A DNA stretch of 64,000 nucleotides from Parasitella parasitica NRRL 2501 (Eukaryota > Fungi > Mucoromycota), in NCBI GenBank assembly GCA_025201805.1, contig MU619289.1, positions 137,481 through 201,480 of the forward strand. The letters are read 5' to 3'. Below the pieces are notes generated by a model. The model worked only from the letters and a program-made list of their open reading frames with translations, was not told the origin of the DNA and ran no database searches. Below are positions 15,265 through 26,286 of this stretch, piece after piece. A program made the translations under genes and the position numbers. Every line of letters begins with the position of its first letter. Position 1 is the stretch's first letter.

Positions 15265-16643
15265 TATATGCATAAAAGGGAGAGCCATGCCGTTATGTCT
15301 TTGAATTACTGTACAAAAGTCTCATTCACATTATCATGAATGATATTCAAGATATGGATCGTGCACAGTTCTTGACAACATCTTTAACATGGCAAAGATA
15401 TGGGAACAGCGTCCTAGCAAAATCATTCCTAGAGTTGGCGAAAATTTCCAATGACAAATCGATTGACGATATCGAAAAGACAATCATCACAGAAGCAAAC
15501 ATGGTAAAGAAAACGAAAAAAAAATATATACATATCGTTTACACGAGCCTTGCCATGTAAACTAACACCTTTATATACTGCAGCTGCAAGCATCCGGTGA
15601 TTCTGATCAAGCGATTAACGCGATAGACTTATTTACAAGACGGTATCGAAATGAAAGCGACTTCTTGATGGGATGGAGACAAATTAAAGCGCGGATCACA
15701 CGACAGATGGAGCGAAAAAGGTACCGATGGTATATTTCAGCATCTGTGACACATGTGTAATTCTCTCTGATTAGAAAATTCAGTTTGATTGAATATCAAA
15801 ACGATTTGCTTCAAGCAACAATCCCGCCGGATTCAGAGGAGTATTTTATAGCATGCCATGACCATGCCTATCATCTCATGTTGAAAAAGGAGTTTGAAAG
15901 GGCCCTATTGGTGCTAGACGAAGTGCATGATTTCATTCGAAAGACGGACAGGATATCTCAATTGGGCGATAATCTAGTCCTACAAGCGACTATACATTTG
16001 GTAAGAGATTGTGTATTGCCTCGGGGGGGGGGAATTTCGGTATTAAAAGAGAATGGTCCATATTAGAAACTGAATAGCCCATCTACTGCAATTCCACTTT
16101 TAACGCAAGCTATCAAGATTGCAAAGAATTCAGCTGATGCAAAAAACTATTATAGTGCTATTATCAAGTTGGCTGAGTCCTACCTACGTTTGAATCAATC
16201 TGCTGTAGTCGAAAGGTCTATTTTCATGCTCGAAAGCATTTTCCCCAAAGTGCTTGTCATGAAATCGAAACATTTAGAGTCTAACCTTTATCTGACATAT
16301 GCAAAGGCTTTGGATACACATTGCACATCCCGTTAGTAATGAATCATAAGCAGAGGAAATGCTTATTAATATAAATATATTTAGAAACTGAACATGTTGT
16401 TCTTGAGTATGTGGAAAAAGCAGAGCAAGGTAAGCAATTTCTTTTTTCTTTTTTTACAGATATGTAGCAATAGACCTAAATTCTGGCGGTTTTTTTTTAG
16501 GTTTTCGAGACTTGAAATTGGTGGAAGAGCTGCTGCCAGTGCTACATTTCAAATCATTGATATTGGAGAAGCTGAAAATGACGTTGGAAAAGCACAAGAC
16601 ATTGAATGAAATAAGAAATCTACAGCTAAAAAAGGCATTATAG
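13665..16643 (+). CDS. APC5: Anaphase-promoting complex subunit 5; many short exons
   Basis: N-terminal FITPFRIVLLVLI; middle MGLFVRKCRIEY..LPF; Apc5-like QYALLHLGIMEYKFGH..AL..ALSAARSNKDELCL; TPR-like C-terminal exons. Stop TAG at 16641-16643. Confidence 0.82.
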
Positions 16644-16766
16644 ATAAATAAAGGAAATTTCTTATTGATTAGTGCAAAGCACAGTGTTTTTATTTACATC
16701 TAAAAAAAAAAAGGCCAGTTTTGGTTATGGATATTTAATGCTACAACGACTACTACTATGCTACGT

Positions 16767-19700
16767 CTACTTTTTAACACGACCAGTAAAAGTAACCTTT
16801 GTATCGCGTCTTCCCTTCTTTTTGATGACCTTGTTCAATGGCACATAACTGAAAGGATCCATTTGGCCCTTGCGTTTAACATCACCGCCGGCTCTCTGTT
16901 ACAAGGTGTGTCAGCTCGCGTCCTTCTCAACCAACATTCAACGCAATATACATACCTTTGAACGGAATTCTTTGCCAATTCTTTCAAACTTCTTGACAGG
17001 CTTCTTTGCTTTCTTCGGACCCTCTGTGCCATCATCAACTTCCATAGCATCATCCACGGTGTCCTTGCCCTTCTTGAACTTAATTCTGTTCCTCTTGTCA
17101 CGAGTAAAACCATCAGGATTTGTCATGTGTTGCAAGTAGTAATCTTCGCCAGCGTCCTCCCCGGCATCTTCATCTGCTTCTTGTGGTGATGTAGGCTCAT
17201 TAATAACAAGACGGCCATCCTCGCCTTCGGCAAAGGCGCCCTTGCTGCTCTTTGTCTTGCGCTGTTGGGGTTTGTTGGACGAAATGCGGCCCAGAGCAGA
17301 GCGATCCAAGAAATCAAGAGGCCCGTCTTCGTCATCTTCGCGGATGAAAGCATTAGACACAGATTGCTTCTTTTTCTTTTGCTGTTTGAGAGCAGTGGCA
17401 GCCGCCTTGACAGTTTTGAGTGTTTCGTCTTCAGAGCCCTCATCATCAATCTCGCTTTCTGAGCCATACAGCACTTCTTCATACGCATCTTGGAATGCGC
17501 CCTTTTTGGCAGCGGCACGAGCAGAAACATCCTCCTCCTCGTCACTATCGTCATCGGCAGCATTTGCGTTCTTTCTTCTCTTGGCTCTCAAGCGACGCTT
17601 CTGAATGTTGACAATCATCTTTTTATCTTCCTCAGGCATGAGGGCAGCAACTGGATCGTATCCAAAACGACGAATCAGCCTTTCAAACAAATGGCGAACC
17701 TTGACCTTGAAATGGCTTTTGTGTTGGTGTTGGCATTTGAGCAAAGAGCGAACAATGTCGCCCAATTGAGGCTGCAAAATGCCCAAATCAAGCACAACGA
17801 TACAGACCTTGACATAGCCAACAGCAGCCTTAACAATTTCTCGATTATTGGACGCAGCAAGAACATTGATCGTCTGCAGCAGTTCAGAGGCTAGTTCAAT
17901 AGGCAAATCATCCTTGAATTCAAAAAAGACGCGAGACAAGGCTCCCACAGTAGCGCCGATCATATGCGCAGTGGTGCCAGCCAAACCCGCTGTGAGCATG
18001 GTAAAGAATTCGCCCAGTGTGGCATTGGCATCGGGGAAGGACTCGTCAAACCCTTCGAGATGGCTGTTCTTGACAACACCACCAGTCTGCATCTTTTTGC
18101 CCATACTCACCAACAAATCAAATGCAAAGTTACGAGTCTTTTCATTGTTGTCCTTGGAGGCCAGCACTACCTCGGACAGAATGGCCGGAATAAAGTGGAG
18201 ATCAGTAGTAGGCAAGAGCTCCACGACTTCCTTCAACGTCTTGATACGGTCCTTCTTGGCCGAACCGGTGCAGCTGCCAGTAGCCTCTAACAAATAACTC
18301 TGCAACTCATCAATGTGCTGAGCGACAACCTGACGGCCATTGTCACAGCGCATGAGATGATTGAGGACTTTGTAGCCCTTCTTTTGCAGAGTGGGGTCGC
18401 TCTCCTTGCCCAAAAGAGATTGCAACGTGCCGTTATACAGGAGTTCCGCAGATTCAAGGTCCAAGAACGGAATCATGATAGTGGCAAGATCCAGCATGGT
18501 ATGAGACATAGGAGGCGGCACAGAGGGGTCGTTAACCACTGTTTCGTTGGATTCCAAAGCTTGAGAGAGCATGTCCAGAACCTTTTTGAACGTAGCATTG
18601 ACGTCTTGAGGAGCAGTAACGGTCAAATAGGACTTGATCACCTCGGCCATGAAGCCACGGAATGCAGGCGCAATTTGGCTAAAGACGTTGAAAAAGACAG
18701 CCAAGTAGTTGACAGCAAATTTACTCATAAACTCCAAGTTTTGGCTCGCTTGCGCCTTGGTCAAGCCATAGGCTTTCAAAAGATGAGCATCGTCAGCAGA
18801 GGACTTGACAAGAGCCTGGTTCTTTTCAATCAAAAGTTGCAAAGATTGGGCGATAGTGGGACGCAAATCAGGCTGAGTGTAGAGCAGGGAACTGAAGCGC
18901 TCAGCAACAGTGTCGTTGAACGCACGAGTTAGGTCCACAGGCAAATCACAGAAGCCAGGAGCCAGACTCCAAATTTGGTTGACCAACGTTTCGTACACTT
19001 TAGCTTGCATCTCCAGCTCGCGAGCAGCAGCAGCCTCTCCCTTCTGAGCCAGTCTGTCGCCCAAAGGAATCAATACATTCACAAAATAGGAGAGGTCAGT
19101 GTTGGTAGTGTATGTCTTTAGCAAGGGGAGCAAGAAAGCACGGCCAACTTGAGACGAGGATGTGGGGCTTTCTAAATTAAGAGGAAGGACTTGCAAGAAG
19201 AACTGGGGGCCCATAGTGGAGATGGCGACACCAAGAGTCTTGTCAAGCTGCTCTTTGTATGCTTCAGAGGGCGAGAGGCGAAGTTCGCCGAGCAGTGCCA
19301 AACAGCCGTTCATCAGGGGTGCCGCAAAATGGTTCAATTTGTTGAACATGGCTTGCTGCACAGTCATGACATGCATCCACGAAGATTGGAAATGAACACC
19401 AAGACCGTTCTCAAGCAAGTGAATCATTTCCACGAGGCCGTTAGCTTGGCCAGCGCTGGCTTGTTCAATAAGGTCGTCAGTAACGCAGTATTCGATCAAG
19501 GTGCTGAGACAGTTGGCAATTTGACGGTGGCATCTGGAATCCTGCTGAAAATCGTTGAAAGTCAAAGCAAAAACCGGCGCTACATCGTTAGCACACTGAG
19601 CAGCGCTTAGCCTATACCATCTAATGAGTCTCATGTGGCCAGGGTATGTATGCGAGCATAAACTTACTTGGCATATGAAGGGAAAGCTTTACCAACAATC

Positions 19701-21003
19701 AAAAGCCATGTAGGCAAAAGACGCTCGTCGACAGCGGCAGGTTTGAGCTCACAGATGGCCTACACATTCAAAAGAAAAAAATGTCAATCATAACCATCCT
19801 ATCCTCTATCCAGTAAGCAAATTACACGAATTAATCCAGCAAACTTTTCAGTGTCCATGTCGGTTTCTTGGGCGTCAAAAAGAGCTTCAAACACATCAAA
19901 TGCTGCTTTTGTGAGGAAAATGTTGTTGAATTTAGGAAGCTGCAGCAAAGTCTGGCATAAGGTCGAGAATTTCTGTAGAGAAAGGGGGCTGAGTATGCAA
20001 ACGCCATCAGCATGATAATGCTCCAAAAAAAGAAAAAAGCCTTACATGAACTGGCCAGTAAGGGACAATGGTTTGGAGCAAAGCAAGCATTTGCTGGGCA
20101 GCGTGCTGGTCGGATTTGGAAGTTTCATGCAGAACTCTGAGGATAAACTCGGAGGTCATTTCAGCAGCAGGGTGGGTGGCAGTGGGAGGAGGAGGTCGAG
20201 ATAAGACATTGCGTACAGCATCTTGAGCTCTCTTTCGGGCCTGTATTTATATCCATTCATGTCAATAATTCCTACGCATGTATCCATGACAACGGTTACC
20301 TTGGGAGACGCATTGGCGCTCAAAATGAGCAATTGCTGGAATGCTTTCTTGGTGACAGGCATGGTCCAATTAAGAGCGTCTTGAGCAGCCAAAAGCTCTT
20401 GGAGGCAGCCGATTATGGAGCGCACAATCGGTTGCTCATCCTTGTGTTGCTCAAATATGGTTTCCATAATGGCAATGATATCAGCAAATTTTGATCGAAG
20501 CACCGAATGAGGAAGGCTGTCAGTAAAAAAAAAAAAAAAAGAGCGGGTTAATCAGTCTTCACTTTGAGAAATGTAGATCTATATTGCCATACAATGGAAA
20601 CACTTCGTCCAACAGATAAATCAAAGCACCTGTTAATTCAGCAGATCCTTGAGATGATTGCAAAGTGGTGATCTATTTGTTCCGTTTGATGGCATTAGCT
20701 GTCAAGGATCCTAAAAATAGCTGTGATTTACTTGCCATAGCACCAAAATAAGCAGTGGGTGAAAGTCCCTCTCCCTGTTCACAAATAGTCTAAACGTTGT
20801 TCAGTCAGAAATAGTTCACATGTCATGCGAAAATAAGGTACCTCTTCAATAGCAATCAATGTTTGACCATACTACAAGGGAAAATTTGACATGTGTGCAT
20901 TGAGTTGGTCTGCAAACGCTGTACAATTCAAGTATCTTACCAGTTTCTGGTTTGCCAGCTTTGAATTGGCTTGTTTTCTGATTCTATCCAACTTGGCCTC
21001 CAT
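16767..21003 (-). CDS. RRP12: Ribosome biogenesis HEAT/NUC173 protein Rrp12
   Basis: GRAFLLPLLK, QIWSLAPGFC, HFKVKVRHLFERLIRRFG, GKEFRSK..AGGDVKRKG..DPFSYVPL. Several 5' mini-exons; ATG at 21003. Confidence 0.93.
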
Positions 21004-21065
21004 AATGTCGAGAAGGATGAAATGTGGTTGTAATGAAATGTCTTTTTGATCGAAGAGAGGAAATG

Positions 21066-21079
21066 AAGAAAATTTTCAA
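21066..21079 (-). promoter_or_regulatory. RRPE-like element upstream of RRP12
   Basis: TGAAAATTTT on the minus strand ~65 nt upstream of the RRP12 ATG, matching the yeast ribosome-biogenesis RRPE consensus. Function here is inferred. Confidence 0.35.
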
Positions 21080-21304
21080 TACCCGGACTGTTTGTGACTT
21101 TATGGGATCAAGATTCCCTCTATCAGAAGGAGAAAGAGGTGTAACAAAGCAACAAGCAAGAGCAGCAGCGCCCTACGCCAGCATCAGCACCAGCATCAAC
21201 AATAGCAGCAGCAGGAGGACCCTTTTTTTCGCTTTTTTTTTCTCTCTCTCTTTCTGTTTCTCTTTCTGATTTCCTTTTTTTTTTAAAAAGAAAAAAAAAG
21301 ACTG

Positions 21305-22322
21305 ATGGCAGGACATTTACATTTCAAATCCGTGTCGTTGCCTTCACAAACAGCACCATTTCCGCCTATTCCTAACAATTACGAAGCAGACGAAAGATCG
21401 AATCAAAACATGTACAATACGCAACTAGTTTGCCAATGGAACCATTGTCTCAAATTGTTTGCCAATCATGCTACGCTCGCAGAACATCTATCCGAAGACC
21501 ACATTGGATGGAAAAAGGGAGGGTACTCTTGCGACTGGGACAACTGCTCTCGGCAAGGAGCTAAATGTCACAACAGATTCGCCCTCATGATGCATTTGAG
21601 GATACATACAGGAGAGAAGCCATTTGAATGCATGGCGCCTCATTGTGGACAGACGTAATGCATAAAGTCTCTTTATTTCGATACACGAAATACTAACTCC
21701 AATTAGCTTTGGTAGAATGGATGCGCTGACAAGGCACAAAAAAGCAGAGCACGGAGAGGGCGTTGCAGAGAAACCGATCAAGCCAGCACAGACAGCCAAC
21801 ATCACACCACTTTTCCATCCTCCTACTGCCGCTTCTACTGCCGTGTCCAACAACCCAACGGCGACTAGCAAGCATAAAAGACCCACTACTAATCCAAACA
21901 ACAAGCGAGCGGCAACGCCGTCCTTAGACACATTATCCAAAAAGAGATTGAATACGTTTGACGATTGGCATCCAAAGGACGGGGGATTCCAAGACTACAG
22001 CAGCAGCAAGGTACCCGAACAAACATCCAAAAAGGACCTGGTCCGAGGAACAGCATACAGCCAATATCGACTTGCCAAAGCACAACTTTCCTACATCTTA
22101 CGAGAGAACGAAATGCTGCAAGAAGAGTATGAAACAATACAAAAGAAGCTGAAAAGATTGAAGACAGAAAGACGAGTTTTATTAGACGCACTCATGGTAA
22201 GAGAATTAGGGCAACAGAAGGGTCATGACGAAGGAGAGGAAGACGAAGAGGAAGACGGAGAGGAGGAACAAGAGAAAGAGGATATACAAGACGATCCGTT
22301 ACCCAACATCCAATTAGCATAA
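21305..22322 (+). CDS. GLI-like C2H2 zinc-finger protein with a C-terminal INO80E-like coiled coil (Iec1-like INO80 subunit)
   Basis: Three C2H2 fingers (CQWNHC..H..H, CDWDNC..HLRIHTGEKPF, C..C..HKKAEH); one intron ~21655-21706; C-terminal YRLAKAQLSYILRENEMLQEEY..KKLKRLKTERRVLLDAL. Confidence 0.8.
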
Positions 22323-22389
22323 GTTTTTCCTTCTTACAAAATGTGTATACGAAATAAATATCTTGGCAAAAGGGAATATTCATAGCAGC

Positions 22390-22823
22390 TCAAGGGGGAT
22401 TGGTATTGTTGTTATTGGCAGAAGACTGGATCCTTATGTCTTTGCTGGAATCCTGGTAAGATGGTGGTGGTGGTTGTTCTTCGTGAGGGTCGAATGTGGG
22501 AGGAGGAGGCTGAATTCCGTTTGTTTGAATGGGTGTGTATGCCGTATTGCTATTATTATTGCTCGCAGCATTGCTGGTTGGCATATGAATTCGCACGTCT
22601 TGTCCTGTGTGCCGTATGAACGTAGTGGTAGTGTGTAGCTGGTTATTTCGATCTATTTTAAATATCGACAGCAACAATAAGCATTTATTTACGTTCAACA
22701 GCCCCATTTGTTATTACCGTCTGCACGAGCTGCAAGTCGACGTCTTCTTATTGCCAAAAAGAAAGCAATCAGTAGCAAGATAACACACAGTAGCCATAAG
22801 GCATTAAACCCTACAGTGGCCAT
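22390..22823 (-). CDS. Small single-pass membrane protein with a cytoplasmic PPxY motif; 2 exons
   Basis: Exon 1 from ATG 22823 reads MATVGFNALWLLCVILLLIAFFLAIRRRR. A GT-AG intron at 22717-22653 joins it in frame to exon 2, which contains QPPPPSYQD. Confidence 0.75.
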
Positions 22824-23359
22824 CTTTTTTTTTTATTAATGTCTGCAGAGATCGAAAGGAGAAGGGGGAAATAATAAATAGTTTCAAGGAAATTATATAT
22901 ATTGTGGAAAAAGAGAAATGTAAAAAAAAAAGCCTGAGAGCTAGTTTATTTTGCAGTTGCAATGCACACATTACTTTTGTTGCAAAAACTTGGCCAAATT
23001 CCCCTCGCTACCCGAGAACAAAAAATGCCGGTGGTATCGGGTCTGATATTAGAGTGCACAGCCATAAGACCTTCAAAAATGTGTAAATACAAAGACAAAA
23101 AAAACACACACACACACACACACAATAGACTACTATGAGCTATAAATAGTGGATATTCATCTAGAAACTCAAATGTTTATCACAAATTGATCCAGATAAA
23201 AGCCTTTGCCCTTTGCTTTCGTCGTGTGCAGCCTGGAAATGTCAAACCATTCCGCCACACAAAAGAAAAAAAAAAGTGCGTCCCCGGGATGTGTAACATG
23301 TTTTGAGCTGAAAGGTTTCATAAAAATATTTTCTTCTTATTGCCAACACTTGCCCAAGC

Positions 23360-24361
23360 ATGTCAGCAGAACGTCCAGATGCACCTGTAGCAGCCGATCC
23401 AAACTCTCCACCAACAGAGCCGAAAGGAAATATCCGTACTTACCAAGGAAAGCAATACGACATCACTGATCCCAAATTCCAAGGCCTCAGTAAAAATGCC
23501 ATCAAAAAGATTTTAAGGGACGAGATTTGGGAAGAGACAAAGCCAGAACGCACCAGAGGCAAGAGGGAAAAGTTCAAGAGAAAGAGAAAGGAGAGGCTTC
23601 GGCTTGAGAGGGACGGTGCTGTTGAGCCTTTGCCTAAAAAGCCCAAAGCAAAACACATGACAGTAGGCAAAGTAGGTGTCATTCTGGATTGTTCGTTTTC
23701 AAGCTATATGAACGATAAAGAGATCAGCTCCATGCGCCAGCAAATTGTGCGCTGTTACAGTGCCAATGTGCGCGCTGAAAAAGAATCCATGCAGATGGCA
23801 CTAACTTCTTTGGATGAGCCGTTAAAAACGCAGCTGGATACCAAGGCGCCTTCCTGGGAGAATTGGAAGAATTTTCAAGTGACCTCTGAGCCTTACCTGA
23901 ACCAGTTCAACAAGGACGACTTGATTTATCTTTCAGCGGATTCGGACAACATTACTCATGAGCTGGAAGAAGGCAAAACATACATTATTGGTGGCATAGT
24001 GGATAAGAATAGATACAAGGTAGGTGTTCAGCGTAAACAAACTCGGACTTGAAGCGATTAACGCTTTAAATAGAATTTGTGTAAAGACAAAGCTGCAAGC
24101 CAAGGCATCAAAACGGCTCAATTGCCCATCAGTGATTATATCCACCTAGCTTCTAGAAAAGTACTGACCGTTAATCAAGTCGTTGAAATCATGGTGAAAT
24201 GGCTTGATTGCCGCGATTGGGAAAAGGCGTTTATGGAGGTTATTCCAGAACGAAAGCTTAAAGACAGCACATTAATCAATCAACAGGGCGATAACAGCGA
24301 CGACGAGGATGAGGATGATGAACAACAAGAATCTTGTGATCAAGAGAGCCTCCAATCGTAA
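23360..24361 (+). CDS. TRM10: tRNA (guanine-9-N1)-methyltransferase
   Basis: LSKNAIKK, ILDCSF..YM, LIYLSADS, YIIGGIVDKNRYK, TAQLPI..RKVLTVNQV; one intron ~24020-24073. Confidence 0.95.
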
Positions 24362-24398
24362 AATGTACAAGCTTTTATATTGTATTTGTATAAATAAA

Positions 24399-25037
24399 CT
24401 AGACTTCTTCAAACTCTACATCTTCGTCTTCGTCATTATCGTCCGCAGTATTGTCTCTGCCCGTAGTTTCGAGGTCTGTTGTAGTCTCTGGCACTACTAT
24501 ATCCGAGTCAAAATCAGTGCCATCTGTTCGCAGCGACACTGCCTTTTTGCTATTTTCTTTCAAGACGGGCACTTCTTTTTCCCAACCCTCTATTTTCGTC
24601 ACGTATTTAGCAATTGTACTCTTTTTGATGTCAATATCTCGTTTAAGCAGTCTGTTGCTCTGTCGAATAGCTCGTTTGTTAAGCACGCTCTCTCTTGCAT
24701 GTCATATTCGATGCATACCTCTATCACAGATAATTCCTTGCTTCCCAAAGCTCTTAGACGTATATCTCGAAGTTGGTTCTCTATTTCAAGAAACGAGCTT
24801 TTCAAGACGACTAATTGGGCATCCAGGCCGCCTACGTCCAAGTAAGATTTTGTGCGTGCAATAAACATTTGAGTACGATTCTTTTTTTTTTTTACCATTT
24901 GTGTCTCCCTCTTCTTCTTCTTTTTGCTGTGGATCAGCGAGGATGCTTTCCAAACAGGCGTCAAAGCTCTTTGATAATGCGTCTGTTAAGTCAGTCAAAC
25001 TCATTTGCCAGTTGTCTGGTATGGAAAGAGAGGCCAT
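24399..25037 (-). CDS. Probable Mediator subunit Med28 homolog; 3 exons
   Basis: Spliced product (introns 24895-24832 and 24718-24660): ..DLTDALSKSFDACLESI..GGLDAQL..EIENQLRDIRLR..SVIESNRLLKRDIDIKKSTIAKYVTKIEGW... This is collinear with the Med28 core as I recall it. Confidence 0.65.
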
Positions 25038-25179
25038 GGTGAATAAGGTACACACCAGTAGTAGTGGCTTTGGTGGATGTTGGAGGCTTCGTGACAATGT
25101 TTTCTTCCTGCTTTTTCTTTTCCTGTGCAAAGTTTCATTCGTTTTTTTATTTTTTCTTTTTACTGCTTATTCGTAAATA

Positions 25180-26286
25180 ATGTCTCGCAAACTTGATAGA
25201 CTTGCCAAGAAGGCAAGCAAGAAAAACAACACTCCTGCTGCCAAAAAAGCTGACATTGTCAATGGAAGCTCTCCTGAAGAAATCCCTGAAGCTGTAGCCA
25301 TTGAAGAAGAAGAGGATGAAGATGAGAATGAAGAGGAGGAGGAGGAGAATGATGTTGATGACGAAGATGAAAATGAAGATGAAGACAATGACGAAGAAGA
25401 CTCCCTTAGTGAAGATGAAGAGAATGCGCAAGTGAAAAAACAAACTCGCACTCACAGACCCAAGATCAACGATGAGGTAGAAAGGATATTTCTATATTGC
25501 ATACATGAATATTGACAGCTCCATTTCAGGCTGCCATGATCCGTATCACAGAAGCTTTCAAATTAGAAAATTTACCTTGGATTGAAACCATGACAATCAC
25601 CTCCACAAAGCCTGTTGAGGTTGAGGATGTGGAAAATGACATGCAGCGTGAATTGGCATTTTATCAACAAGCCCTTGAAGCTGCTAAACTTGGCAGAGAA
25701 CTTGTGAAAAAAGCTGGTGCCGAATTTTCTAGGCCTGAAGATTACTTTGCTGAAATGTTAAAGAGTGATGAGCATATGGCCAAGATTCGTCAAAAGTTAT
25801 TGGACGAAAGTGCATCTATCAAGGCTTCAGAAGATGCTAAGCGTCAACGCCAGTTAAAGAAGTTTGGTAAGAAGGTTCAAGTGGAGAAACAATTAGAAAG
25901 ACAAAAGCAAAAATCAGATATGCTTGACAAGATCAAGTTACTCAAGAGAAGTAAGTTTTTAGTAATTAGTTTTCTGTCTCTTTGTTTTTTTAAAATTAAT
26001 TTTCACGACAGAGAGAAAGGATGGCGAAGATTTAACATTAAATGATGATTTCGATATTGCTTTGGAAAAAGCCGATACCAAGCGTTCAAAGACTGATAAA
26101 AAGAGCACACCTGTCAAGAGTCAAAAGAGAGTTAATAAGGATCTTCGATACGGTTCTGGTGGAAAGCGGGGCCGCTTTGCTAAATCAAATACTTCAGAAT
26201 CATCATCTGGTTTAGGCGGTTACAACAAGATGAAGGGAAAGCCCATTTACAAGGGAAAAGGACAAGCGCTTCCAAAAAAGAAATAA
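25180..26286 (+). CDS. EBP2: rRNA-processing protein Ebp2
   Basis: LPWIETM, DMQRELAFYQQAL, RPEDYFAEMLKSDEHM, RQLKKFGKKVQVEK, C-terminal RYGSGGKR..KSNT. Confidence 0.95.

Noticed and set aside
17123-19610. Many overlapping antisense and alternate-frame ORFs over RRP12 (also over ADE17, CEG1 and the ubiquitin gene)
   Set aside because: Shadow ORFs caused by codon bias of the real genes.
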